Below are positions 39,301-52,064 of a DNA stretch of 64,000 bases, one piece after another (the stretch's first letter is position 1; each line of letters starts with the position of its first letter). The notes below the pieces were generated by a model that worked only from the letters and a program-made list of their open reading frames with translations, made no database searches and was not told the DNA's origin. This DNA is from Trichosphaerium sp. ATCC 40318 (taxonomy: Eukaryota; Protista; Tubulinea), in assembly GCA_038496445.1 (NCBI GenBank), contig JALMLS010000344.1, positions 310,001 through 374,000 on the forward strand, in the 5' to 3' direction. A program made the position numbers and the translations under genes.

Positions 39301-39906
39301 TTCTTTCTTTACGGGATGAATGAGATCTCTACAAATAAAGAAGCTTAGAAATGATAGTCAAACCATCACCAACTATACTCACTTTGTTTTAGTAAACGGT
39401 AGATGTCTTTGTCTTGGTATAACGAATTCCCACTGTACTTTAAACTTAAAAAACCCTTCATGCTCTGAGGGAGACGTTTTTGTTTCCATAAAGCCGTATG
39501 CTTGCCAACTAAGAGATATTTAAGTTAAATTATACTTGTTGGATGTCATACGCACCCTTGAGATCGCGCAACAGACGCAATCAAGCAAAGACGTTTAGAT
39601 GTCTATGATTATTATCCAAAAAGCACTCAAATCACTTTAACGTACTTTTGTGCATTCATCGAACGCTCCATCAAGTACCTCGCGTGGTTGCGGCGACTTT
39701 TTACGCGTTGGAACCTATTTAACAGTTAACACTGACTAGGCCTATTAATAGTACGTACGGCCCATGTTTTAGTAGCGATAGCCTGATTTAAATTGTCCCA
39801 ACTCTTTTTACCTGTTAGTACAACACAAATGGCGTACAAACCGTACACTCGTCTTCAGTACTACGAAAGCACCGCAATTATCGAGTTTTGTAGCTGTGGC
39901 AGCCAT
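36318..39906 (-). CDS. YTH domain + YcgL/RlaP-type (Nuc-transf) nucleotidyltransferase + second degenerate nucleotidyltransferase domain
   Basis: Hand-spliced N-terminus aligns with YTH (FVVLKTSSWDNL..KTWA, LIASVARSQGWQAYGFM, FKVQW..LPFTKT..HP, CDEIDIDCGKKLC) and continues in frame into YGSKAYNLEVPTSDIDI..LLIKGD..FLLEIRAG..LPD..WLFSIR; the downstream copy has IYECSKFCSGLIKG, WQELRENR, GWLEKVR. Confidence 0.8.
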
Positions 39907-41131
39907 TTGCGATGGGAAAAAGTAAACAATGCTGACTTATCAAATGGCCTGCCAACCTAAACCTGCTTACCAAGCTACTACGCTGCTTGACACAAAGCAA
40001 AGCAAACATGGGAGATTGCTGTGGTGTTTGCGTTGATAATATTCCCTGACGTTTTCAGAGAAGTAATGTACAACCATTCAATTGCGTTGTTTACCCTTTT
40101 TTGCTCAAACATCCCAATCTGCTTATACAGCTCTAAGTTCACTGTATTATGGCTATGCATATGCTGGAATAGACGCTAAAAGAACTCTTGCACCTACGCA
40201 AATTTAGTTCCCGAATTTCGGCTCCTTTATTATCGTCAATAACTCTCAGAAACCATCTCCTAGCGACTCGTTGTACACTTTTTGCGTAGTTCCGAGTGCC
40301 CCATGTACAATACTCGCTTTTTTTACTCATGTACTACCAAGTGAGTAATTTTGCCTTACGCTGTTGTTTTGCTAATATACGAAACGTCTTTACAAGCTGT
40401 ACAAGTGGAGAATTAGCAAGCATATAATTTATCGGGATTTACCATGAAGCAATACCATGTTATCTACTATTCTAGAGAATTTGGCTACGCTGCCTTTTAC
40501 ACAAGGGTAGCTCTAAATTCGCAAATCTCCCTTTGAAGTACTGATCCAACAATTAGTGGCTTTCAGTGCTTGCCATGACGGTTCACTTTGGCTTCGTTAC
40601 ATATATCTCTTCCAAAAAAATGCTATGAAAGATCAGATACACTTACGAATAAATAGTACAACGTGCAAGAAGGAGTTGTTTTGGGCTGGAAAAAAGCGAG
40701 TTTTCGGTATGCATCTGAAAGAAAAAATCAATTTTGGTAGAATTTCGGATATTGGCACTGGAATTAATTGTATACGTGTAAGCACCAGTGAAAATGTCTA
40801 ATTGTATACGTTAAACAAAACTGTTGGAGTAAAAATAATGTACCCATGAATACATATATGTCTTGTTAAAGACAAATATGGGCAAAAATTAGCTAATACT
40901 CAGACTTGTAACTTGCACAAACTATGTCAATGACCACAAGCACTTATTCTATATTTGCGAATGCGTAACGTCTTCTATTATGGCGGTGTTTCTCCATCGG
41001 ACTATTACAATACGGTTCCCGCCGTTAACATTTGCGTATTTCAAAAGGAAACATGTTTTTAATACAACTTTATTTCTTTTCTTACATTTTGTTTACACTT
41101 TCTTAAAATTACATACTTCAAAGTTCTTTTT

Positions 41132-41531
41132 TTAAGCGCGTTGATGCTTGCTAGGATGAAACTCAAATAGTGGAATACCATCCGGTTTCTTAGAGTAGCT
41201 GGAGTTGAAGTTCAAGGTAATACGATAGTTGCTCATTTGGTACGGTCCTTGACGAGTGTACATGGCGTTAGGTACAGCTTTTTTCGCTCCAGAGCGCCCC
41301 ATCTTTTTGCGACTTGCACGTTTCGACTTTTGTGCGCGAAATCGTGAAACTAAATTTAAATGTTAGAAACGTCTACCACATGCTAAAAGCGTATTGTAAC
41401 ATACCACACTTACTGTAGTTCATAGGCAAACGGTCTTCCGGGTTGCAATAAGCAAATATCTCCTGTTTGACTTTAATTTCGGCTTTAATGTCTTTAACAG
41501 TGAAAGGGTTGAGTAATTGAGCGATATTCAT
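41132..41531 (-). CDS. Small basic hypothetical protein (two exons)
   Basis: MNIAQLLNP start; one GTAAGT..CTAAC..TAG intron; open frame to TAA; K/R-rich segment. Confidence 0.6.
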
Positions 41532-42806
41532 TGTTGAGAGGTGTTGTGGCGATGATTGTGATTAAGATTAATGAATAATAAGTGTAAAACTCGCATTTTT
41601 TCAACTTTTAACTATATTTGACCAATGCTCTAAAATCGTTTCGTTTAACGTTTGGGCTTGAACCGAAACGTTTTTCTAAATTTCAAAAAAAGCACGTACT
41701 TAGTGCTCTTAAAAAACTACGTGTTTGTAACAAAGCTCTGTAGCATTGTAGCCTGTTATGGAGGTGTGTAGAAGCGTTTAATGCAACATTTAACAAAAAA
41801 AACCGCTTGGTGTTACCGTAAATAGAGTTATTTTTACATTCGTGTTTGTCCGCGTTTTACCGTTGTGTGCACTGTGTATTACACAATCGATCCGAGTTTC
41901 GTACGCCATGTCGTTTCTTTCTTTAACGGCACTTTAGGCAAAAAACTATTTTTGGGAAGAAAAATGTCTAGCACAAACTACAACCAACTTATTTAGGAAA
42001 GTGTGTAAGGGTTTATGCTACATAGTGTCGCTTGTGCGTTTTTTAGTGTTTGTTTGTATTTTACACAATGACCGGCCGACATTTTTGACACTTTCTGTAA
42101 AAATGGGAATATCGTTTGCTGTGATTGGTGAGGATATTCGGAGCTGGTATTGGCGGTAAATTTTTCGCGCACATGCTTATTTGAATTTCCACAGACAAAT
42201 CCAAGGCTAGTTGTATCCTCTTTGCACCCCTAAACTGTTATAGAATTGGAGAATCGTTTTCTTTTTTTGGTATCTCAACAAAAGTCGTTAAAAACTAATC
42301 ATAGACGCTGTCTCGGAACTTCGCTGTGGTGCAATTTATAATAAAAAGGACAAGTCTGACTAACTTATTGCTTGAATCACTCCACCAAGCAGTTTTAGCT
42401 AAAGTGCCAACTAGCTTTCATTAGGTTCTCACATTCTTTACAACTATATGGCACGTTACGAACAAAAGACGCCTAAGAAACGGAGAAATAGGAACCCGAA
42501 GTCAAATTGTAAAAAAAAACCACAGAACTTTTGCAAATTTTTCGGCTAAACGGAAGCTATGGAGCAAAGCAAGCGAAAAATTCGCGTCAGGATATATACT
42601 GCATAATAGTGCGGGATGTTTCAACTAAACTTGTGGCTGGTAGCAACTTTTTTTTCGAGTTGCCTTGAAACTTATGCGCAAGTGCTATTGTGGTCGTGGC
42701 ATGGCGGTTTTAGCTTTTTTTCACTACATTTTTCCTTAATAGCCAAAGCGCTACAATGGTCAAGCAACAGTCTTTTCTTTCATGTGAATGACTTTCACGG
42801 TTTACT

Positions 42807-44217
42807 ATGCGTAAAGGAACACTTCCTTGTATTATTGTACTAGTTACACTTATATACGGTATAATGCGCAGAATTTCTTTACTTCAGCCTAACACTTCTC
42901 AGGTGCTTCCAGTCAACCGTTGCCCTCCGTTTGTGACTCTTTTGGCGTCATAACTGCATTACCAACTCCACTTTGCCGTACAGCGTACGTACATTTACCC
43001 AGTATTACTGTGTTAACACAATATAGACTGGTAGTAGATACACCAATCGTTATAAGCGAAAATGAACAAATTGAATGTGAAACAGAATATGTTGTAACCG
43101 GCGATTTCACCTTACAACCAGGAGCGAGAATTATATTAAAAACCCAAAAAGCTCCCGTACAGGTTGAAAGTAAACGCCAAACAATTGTAGAAGACCAAGT
43201 AATAAGCCAGGGATACTTGGTGGCGTATGGCTGTTTAGATTTGAGCGGCGTATGTGACAAAACAAAGATGTAAACAATTTTTAATGTCTTTTTTCAGGGT
43301 ACTGTAGAAATTGCAGCAGAAGAAATAGAAGGTCGTCAATCAGTGCATCTCATGGAGTATAGAAACTCATCTTGCCCACCACCTGTTTTGCAAGATGTAA
43401 ACTTTGTTGTCACTTCTGGACAACCCCCAGACACTGAAGTAGAGCCAGTCGTAGAAGGTACTCACTTTAACAAAAAAAACCAACAAAAACACGTGTGCTC
43501 ACAACTGCGTAAGATCAAAAGCTTCTATTACTGTTTACTGGATCTAAGAAGAGTACAATACCTACGTTTGTTTTTATCATAGTTGCAGTACTCGTATTTG
43601 TGCTAGTTGCAGTTATTATTGCAGCCTACACAATCATTTCAAAAAAGAAGCAAAAGAAAAAACGTGAGACAATAAGTCTTGCTAAGAAGGCTGAAGAAGA
43701 GAATAAAGACATATACGGAGAAGAAATGGCTCAAGCTACTGGCGTTCATCTCGCCATGGAGCGTAGCGTATCATCATCAGAGGATCCAGAAAGTGAAGAT
43801 TCAGAGTATTCTGATAGCGACAGTGATAGTAGTAGCGATGGTGAAATACGTTTGGGTTCTCCTAGTGGAGGATCTATATTCGCAAGTTCTCCCAACGCAG
43901 GAAAGGCATGTCGCACCTTTACTTATTTACGAAATCTTAACTAACTTTTGCTACCCTTGTAGAAACCACTCGCTGATTCTTCACCGCGCAGACCACCACC
44001 TTTGTTAGCAGGAGATAAAACACAACGCACAAATGTGTCATTAGACTCTCCAAGTACTAATGGTAAGTAGCAGTGGTGTTTGTATTAGTAATGAAGTTGT
44101 TTAGATCCAAAAACAGAGGAACGTCCTGCTTCTACAAGAAGACGCCGTCGTGTGCAACCTGTTCGTGTTAACCTTAAAATGTCATCAAATGAAGTTAAGG
44201 TTGAACAAGACCCATAA
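42807..44217 (+). CDS. Type I single-pass membrane protein with a Ser/acidic cytoplasmic tail
   Basis: Signal MRKGTLPCIIVLVTLIYG; beta-rich ectodomain; TM helix ending VAVIIAAYTII followed by KKKQKKKR. Confidence 0.75.
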
Positions 44218-44298
44218 AAAATAACCCTATGCGCTGTTGGCGCAAAATTTGTACAATATAGCGACTTTGAGTATGGTCAAATTTTATTTCAATTTAGT

Positions 44299-44869
44299 TT
44301 ACTTTTTTGAAGCCTCAACCAAAGAGGTACGCATTTCCACGAGGTTCTTAGTGTAAGATTCGGTTTCGAAACGAACGAAGTCTGGTTGTACGTCTGCTGC
44401 GAAATCGCTAGACCAGCTCACTAGAGTTTGATTGGTCTCGGTGATGCGGTACAATTTGATGGTTGAGATAATCGCCGTTACCTAAAAAAAACTTTTTAGC
44501 TTAAGAAGGCTCGGAAGCGGTCAGTTACCTCGCTGGATGCTTTTAGATCAACACCTACAAGCTCCCATGAAATTGTGTAGTCCAAGTCGCTGAGACCGAT
44601 TAACTTCTGTTTGCGCCAGTTGCCGGTTTCCCATTCAAGTTTGCGCACTATGAGAGCGTAAGTAAAGGAGAGTTAAAGTAGGCCAACGTCTTTGTTAACG
44701 TGATCTGTAACGTACCAGCGCCAACACTGGTAGGGGATGCATTTTCTTCCATAGAGGCACTCTTAACAGTTGAGATTAATTTTGCAGGGAATGTAAAGTC
44801 TCTAACAGCAGCCCAAACAGTGTCAATTGGTAAAGGAAATACAGCAGATGCAGATGCGCGAGTACTCAT
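44299..44869 (-). CDS. SRPBCC/polyketide-cyclase-2 (START-like) family protein
   Basis: SASAVFPLPIDTVWAAVRDF, SVGAVRKL, LSDLDYTISWEL, TLVSWSSDF. Confidence 0.85.
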
Positions 44870-45032
44870 TATTAGTTGCTATGCGTAGAAGAAAACACAA
44901 AAGACCGTTGAGAATTAAGGTTGAGCAATTGGCTTAACGTTGTTTGTATTTTTTCGTTTGCACTGACATTTTAGCACTGTCTGGAGTATTGCCATACACT
45001 ACAAATATTCTGGCTAACGGTTAAATTTCAAA

Positions 45033-45957
45033 ATGGCGTACGAACCTTGATCATTAATCTTATAACTAACGCGACGATGGTGTAGCACTAAATTCAATGC
45101 CAACAACATACAAGACAGAGATTTTTTATTCTACAGCCTCACCAACGCTAACAGAGTACGCAAACATGGCATCTATTACTCTAATACGAGAAGGAACAAT
45201 CTTTAAACAACCTGTTCTTGGAGGCACAAACAACTATCGCCAAATTTCGTCAGTCGCTTGCTAAAGAGCTTGGTACGTCGATTTGGGGTAAACATAGTTC
45301 GCTTACGCGCCTTTAAGCGGAAACAAAAACGAGTCAACCAATTGCCAATTTCTGGACAGTAGAAGTACACTAATACGCGTTTGGCATGGTATCTTATAGA
45401 TCGCTAGGAAATTGAACTTTTGAAAGAGTTGTATGATGATTACGTAGATGACGGCGAACTCAACCTTTCTGGTCTCGTAAACGCAATGAAAAAATCGAGT
45501 AAAAGGACGAAGTACGCTTTCAAACGTTTCAAAAATTACCAACTGTTGTAACTCTCTCCCAGATCTCGTATTGCTCAGTTCGTTGAGATCTATCACCACG
45601 CCATGGAAGCAGAGGGTACTGAAAATCCTCTCTCTGGCATGAAATCCGCCCACTTGAAGGTTATAAGACGAGTACGAAACAGCGATCATTTCAAGCTTTG
45701 TTGTTGATGGACTAACGCCCGAAGATGACAAGGGACTACGAAGCAAAAGAAGCAAAAAAAGCCAAAAAAGAGCAGTCTACCGAGGGTATGTTAACACTAA
45801 TGTATTTAAATACTACTGGTGCCTGACAATTCGTTCTATTAAAGTAAAAGAAGAGGATGATGTCGAAATGACAGATGCTGGAGAAGATAGCGAAGAAGAC
45901 GATGAAGATGATAATGGTCAGTACGGATCATTTGACGAAGATGATCTTGATATTTAA
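45033..45957 (+). CDS. Hypothetical helical protein with an acidic C-terminus
   Basis: Consistent GTACG..AG introns join exons (MATKFNANN..EIELLKELYDDY..DDEDDNG..DLDI*). Confidence 0.6.
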
Positions 45958-46064
45958 TCTGTCACAAATTGTAAAATTAAAGAAATATACAAGCAACACT
46001 TTTTTTTTGTATTTATTGCTTTTTGCGTAAGTCAAAATCATTCATTTGTACAAGACGCAACGTA

Positions 46065-48753
46065 ATGGCATTCTCACAAGGGATTACGCTTTTATTGTTA
46101 TTACAGTGCACTTGGGTACTTTTTAAATCCAAAAATGTCCCAACTCAACCAAAGAGCCGTAGGTGTTTGCTGCAGTAGATCCAGGGCAAACAATCATCAC
46201 CGAAGTAAATTGGAAACCTGCTGTACGTATTTGCCTCAGTTTTCCGTAAACAAAGCGCTAAATCTATAAACTAGGCCACAGGCATAGAGCTAGCAAACGA
46301 TTTTGTACGTATTCCGTAAAACGAGCGTATAATGCAACAACGTTAACACAAACAAGGAATTTATTGAAATAAAGAACGTGTCACCTGCTACTATTGACCT
46401 TGGAGAATTACAGTACGTAACTTCCTGTTATGGCTCTTGGAACTGTCATTTTTTCGCTAGCACGCTTGCAATTGCTCATCGGCACAAGCTTGTCATTTTG
46501 TTACGGAAATGGAGAACAAGAAACTATTATTTGTGCTTTTTTCTTACTTGCACTGTAGCTTCACAGATGGAATCATTCACGAATTTATTTCTCCATCACC
46601 TCTTGGACCGAATTCTTTCGCTGTGTTATGCCGTAACTCAGCTAAGTTTATTGAGCGCTATGGTTCTATTGCGCCTCTCTTTGTGTGGCAGACTGGTGGT
46701 TTAAACGCAGACGGTGAAAAGCTCACATTAAGTCGCAAGTCTGATAATGTAACCATTCATACAATAGAATGGAATGATAACTTTCCTGGAAGGTTTGGTG
46801 GTACGTCAGATAAAAAGAAACAATTATTTCTCTCGTCCTCCTCTCAGAACTGAGAATTTGATGTTTTATTTAGGGTTCACCATGGTACCAGCAGTAACTG
46901 ATTTCGTTGCTGGGTGTAAAATATCTGCGGTTGTACTAAGTTGTTGGAGGTATGATTGGTTCTTTTTTGTTGAAGAGGCTTACCATGTTTTTCTTCTTAG
47001 AGACAGTAGTAATTCTCTTGGTTCTCCAGGTTTTGAAGATCCAACCCAGGGAACAGAGCCAAACTTTCTATTGCGCTTTAGTGAGATTATGTATAATCCT
47101 GGAGATGTTGTAGTTGACTCTATTAACACTATTTCTGATAAAGAGTTTGAGTTTGTTGAAGTACTTAACACTGGCAACTCAACTCTTGATTTAACTAATG
47201 TCACTGTAATCGGTGCTCAATTATCTGGCTCTCTTGCTAGTGGTACGTAGTACTAAGAAGCTCCAGTAACCTGTGACAACGCTAATTCTGTTGTAGGTGC
47301 TTACCTTGTATTGGCATTTGATGCAACTCGTTTCCAGTCTCGTTATGGTGTTGCTCCAGCATTCACATACCCAGTAAGCTTAATAACAAAACATGTGTTT
47401 TTTCTTCTTGTCTCATTAATGATAGACCTCTCTTGCCAATAATGGTGGACTCTTGTCTATCAGAAGAGATGGGGATATTGTACAAGAGGTATCTTACGAT
47501 GATGATATTCCATGGAACACTGTTGTACGTTGAACTTTGCACGTTGTATTTGTAGTACTAAAGGTTACTTTTATAGGTAAACGGTAATCCTTTTTCTCTT
47601 GTGCCAAGCATTGGATGGGCAATCACCCCAGATAATGGTCTTAGTTGGAGGTATTTTTTTTCTTGCTCGAAGTTTTTGCTTTTCAGTAGCTAATGGCCTG
47701 TTTTATAGATCTAGCTGGGAGAAATTTGGTTCTCCAGGGGTTGAAGAACCTATTGCAAATCCATCAGTAAATCTCAGTATAGCTGAGATTATGTTCAATC
47801 CAATGGACGACATGGTGAACCCACCATCAGACTTTGAATATATTAACATTAGAAATGATGGTGCTTCTGCAGCTGATGTTTCTGGTTTCAGAGTGTATGG
47901 TGCACCTTATACTTTCCCTAGCAACACAAGTGTACGCATTAAAATATTGTTATTTCACATCTTTGAGAGGTCAAATGTGTTTACATAGCATTGAAGTTGT
48001 TTTTACCCTACTCTACTCTGGCTCACATCCTACCTTTTGTAGATCCCTGCTGGTGGTTATTATACCCTATGTGGTAATTTGACAACGTGGGCTACACGTT
48101 ATCCTGCAAATACTTGTAACGCTGAGTTTGACGTACGTACTTCAGTTTGATAATTGTTTTTAAACTCTGACTTAGGGTAAATTAAGTCAATCTGGAGAGA
48201 CAGTAGAAATTCGAGATAGTGCTGAGAATCGTATATACTCTGTTGGTTTTAGTGGACTTTGGTATCCAACTACACAATCTGGATTCTCTTTAGTGTCCGT
48301 ATCTACTACTCTTGACGCTAGAAACAAAGGTAACAAAATTGTCTCTTTTTGTTCATTGCAAATAATTTTGTAGCTTTTGGTTGGCGTGTAAGTACCGAGG
48401 TTGGTGGAAACCCTGGTGAAGAAGCAACTCCAGTACCAACTCCTACAGAAGCACCAGTTGGACCCACAGCACCGATTGGACCTACAGTAGCACCAGTTGA
48501 ACCTACAACACAAGCACCAACTGCAGCAACATGCTTTGTACGTTTTTTTCTGCGGTTGTTGAAGTAATGTACAATTTAGGGTGCTTTGAACTGCCTTTGT
48601 AGGTCTGGTAACACGTGTGATGCTGGTCTCACTTGTGAGTTCTCTGTATGTGTATCTCAGGGTACCCCTATGGCTCCTAGTAGCAGCTTCAGACTAGAAT
48701 CTATTTTCTCAGTAATAGCTGGATCATTCGTTGCTTTGTTTTTACTATTTTGA
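46065..48753 (+). CDS. Surface protein with three lamin-tail-domain (LTD) repeats, Pro/Thr stalk, Cys-rich module and probable GPI signal
   Basis: Signal peptide; IITEVNWKP..EFIEIKN, FSEIMYNP..EFVEVLN, IAEIMFNP..EYINIRN, each ending GSPG/GNPG; PTEAPVGPT stalk; C-x-C module; hydrophobic C-terminus. Confidence 0.8.
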
Positions 48754-49422
48754 AAATAAAAACGCGTAGTTTTTGAAACCTAGTATCGCTTATAATTTCT
48801 TTAACCCAAGCGTAAAAGTGCAACGTAGAAGTGCGATACTTCTAAGGCAAAAACGTAGACAATTGATATACGTCATGCTTGTGTAGTGCAGGAAACGACC
48901 TGAGAAACACTTTGCGCCTTTTGAAAGAGAACCATCAGTAGTCAGTTTTGGTACACTTTTTGGAGTTTTGAGTTTGTATCTGATAGTCCTCTTGCGTTTG
49001 TAAACGTGTTTCGGTATATCCTTGACGCTCTTTGTGCGTTTTCGAAAAGTTGACCTGTGCGACGAACCAAACAGGTATAGAATTGTTTTAATATGTTTCT
49101 GAGTTGTTGTGAGTGCGTTTGAGACGATTCATAATGATTATTTTGCCGTTGCAACTTGACATTTTCAATCTGGACTTTTGCAACCAAATTCGAAAACCAA
49201 GATTTCCTTGAATAATTGCTCTACAGCGTTGTTTGAACACTACAAAGGCTATGACAGGTATCTGAAGAGCGATCTAGCTTTTTTTAGGTTAAGTTGAAGT
49301 TTTGGATTAAGTCTTAAGGGCGTCATATTGCATTACTTAATTGTATACTTTTTTAAATAAAGTCTTTGTCATTTGTCTACTGGGCCCTCTAAGTTTATGT
49401 CATCTCAGATTAGTGTTTACTA

Positions 49423-49810
49423 AATTGTACATGCTTTGATTTACTTTAAACTTTTGCCACACTACAAACACGTGTATACACAGCTCTGTGTAAAAAATTG
49501 GCTTCGAATATGAACTTCGAGCATTATGATGTGCTTTTTTTAGCAGTTTTTTTTATCTCAATTGTACATCCTCAGATTTTCCTTAAACTTTATATTCAAA
49601 GTCTACACACATATTTAAGGTGTTTATGGCAATATGAGCTTCGAATATAAGGTTTAGGGATTGAATTTTTCTTATTTTGGAAAGTAAATCTTAATTTAGT
49701 ATTTTTTCTTTTTTGCACAGGCTTGAATTTGCTTAATACGCTGGTATACGGTTAATGTATGTGTGCTAAGTGCAGTCATCAAAAATGAACTTCAAATACA
49801 GGTTTTGTCT
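49423..49810. repeat. Degenerate ~140-bp tandem repeat (three copies) in a long intergenic region
   Basis: aattgtacat..gatttt.c..taaacttt at 49423 and 49560; atgaRcttcRa motif at ~49510, 49634 and 49786. Confidence 0.5.
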
Positions 49811-51403
49811 TTAGTAATAATGTAAAATAGCCTAAAATGTGTTTATATGATAGTAAAACGCGTTTTAGACACTTTTCGGTTTTGGCACATCAGTTTAAGC
49901 AGTTTTTTTTTTCAATTTTTCAAAGGCGACCTGTGTTGCTCTAAATCGCTATGGAGGATGCCTTGTGTGTCTGGAATGTATTGTGTAAAAAGTAGCAAAT
50001 TCTGTACGCTGGGTCTAATCTGAGAGGACGCCCTTAAATCATGATTGATTACTGAGATGAAATTATCGAAATTTCTGTGCAACATGTATTTCGTTGTTTC
50101 GACGTGATATAGCTCAAAACGTTGCAGAATGGCTGTTAGATAAAAATCTGAGTGATTTTGTTTTTAAAAGATTGATTTTGACAAGCACTTACCACCGAAC
50201 GCCCTGAAACTTCTAGACAGTATCATATACAGCACTGCGAAGGTATTTGTCTTACCCATAATTTTTTCAGAGTGTGATTTCTAGTGTACAAAAACTAAAC
50301 TTTCAATATTGAATACCATCAGAAGTTAGATAGGTTGCAAATAGCCCGAAATTGACAATGTCGATTTCTACCAAAATTTGTGATACGAAAAAATATGACC
50401 CTTACAATGTCATATCTCTTTCTCTCTGTAGTAGGGGTTGCTGTGATAACAAGATTGGTTGCACATAACCTATGCAGTTGCAGGTCTGGACACCAGTTTG
50501 TAGAGTAGCTACACGTAGTCAATAGTAGGAAGGCTTAGAAAAGCCACACCACAAGTTCGCTTGATGGATAGAAATACATGAGATTTCTGTTCGGTGTGGT
50601 GATCCTGCTACAATATTTTTGCTATTTTTTGAGGTACAGGTTTTTAGATACCTTGGCGAGCGACTCAACTTGAGAAGAGCATCTTAGAGCGATGTAAGTG
50701 TACTTTCCATTAACAACTTGAAAAAAAAATGCATTTTTCCTTATTCATCCTTTAAGGATTGTGTGCTATTGGTCTGTATGCGCCCATTAGACATACATAC
50801 GTAATTTACAAGAGCTGATAACGAATATCATTGTTACAACGATAATTAGCCAGAAAACGAAAATGTTCAGCATTCGGTTAACGGTCCCTTTAAAATACGC
50901 TCCCACTGAACGTAACACTTGAAATTAGTTGTAAACGTATATTCCGGCAGGTGACATTGTTCACTCGGGTTGGAATGCACTGAAAATGTCGAATTAAGTT
51001 CAAATATAGAAAATTGCTACGGGTTGTTTAATACTATAAACTATTTTTACCACGTGATAGCGTACAAAATGCTTAACTAACTCTAGCGAAGCGCAACAGA
51101 CACCGAACTACCCTTTTGAGTCGCTTAGGTAAACCTTGAGCGGGTATCAAGGTTTGCCGATAGTTGCCTGCACAATAGTTGGCTTGAGATTTTAGATAAG
51201 GGTAGGCTAGGAAACCCAATATGTAGAACTTTCGCAAAAAAAAGTCAAAAATTCGGCACACTAATTATCCTATATTATGCCATAGGAACTATTTAGAAAG
51301 CCCCCTTTTAGTACACACCTGTTCACTGTGTTGTCAAAGCCGTAAACATCAGTTAATTAGTGCCCTTTCACGCCACAATAGGCTTTGCCATCAATAAAGC
51401 AAA

Positions 51404-52064
51404 ATGATGCAGAAAATCTCAAGTTTATTCAAGCGCATCATATCAACAGCTGGTAGGATAGAGTCACGCTCGGTTCTTAACACCGAAGCCCAGCACAGGA
51501 TGGTTTTGAAAAAACCGAAAACCAGCTTAAGTTATTGTCCTAACTTGTAAACCAATTAAATCATTTACCAACATGTTTGGCAAAAGCTACAGTCCCAAGG
51601 GCTTCCCAGAAGTTAAAATCACATCAGAAATGCACTTTGCACACGATAGAGGCATGATGAGTTGCGACAAGGAGCTAAAAGTAGGCGAAATGTTGGTTAA
51701 AGACAGGCGAGATGTTCTACCAGAGGTAATAAAACAACGTGGTGGGTGGACCAGAGCTAATGAAAACGAAACAATCGAAAGCGTAGCCATGAATTGCGTA
51801 AACGGTATTATTGGGCGACCACACGTCACAACAGAGAATTGGAAAGAAGATAAGAAGGGATGGTACGCTCCAAAAACAGAGATAGATAAAAAGCATGTCT
51901 TTGTAAAATACTGGACGTATAAAGCACGCGCCGGGCAAGGCCCAAGGGGAAGCGGACCATACCATACCGTAGCAGAAGAAACAATTCATCAATTTGATAT
52001 TAAAACAGGGGAGCATCAAATGCGGTACAACGGAAGTGGCTGGCGAATCGTCTTGGAAGACTAA
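51404..52064 (+). CDS. Hypothetical protein (two short 5' exons and one long exon)
   Basis: 163-codon ORF; MMQKISSLFK start joins in frame through two GT-AG introns. Confidence 0.65.

Noticed and set aside
39978-40801. Short ORFs upstream of the YTH-NTase gene
   Set aside because: No supported splice model or homology
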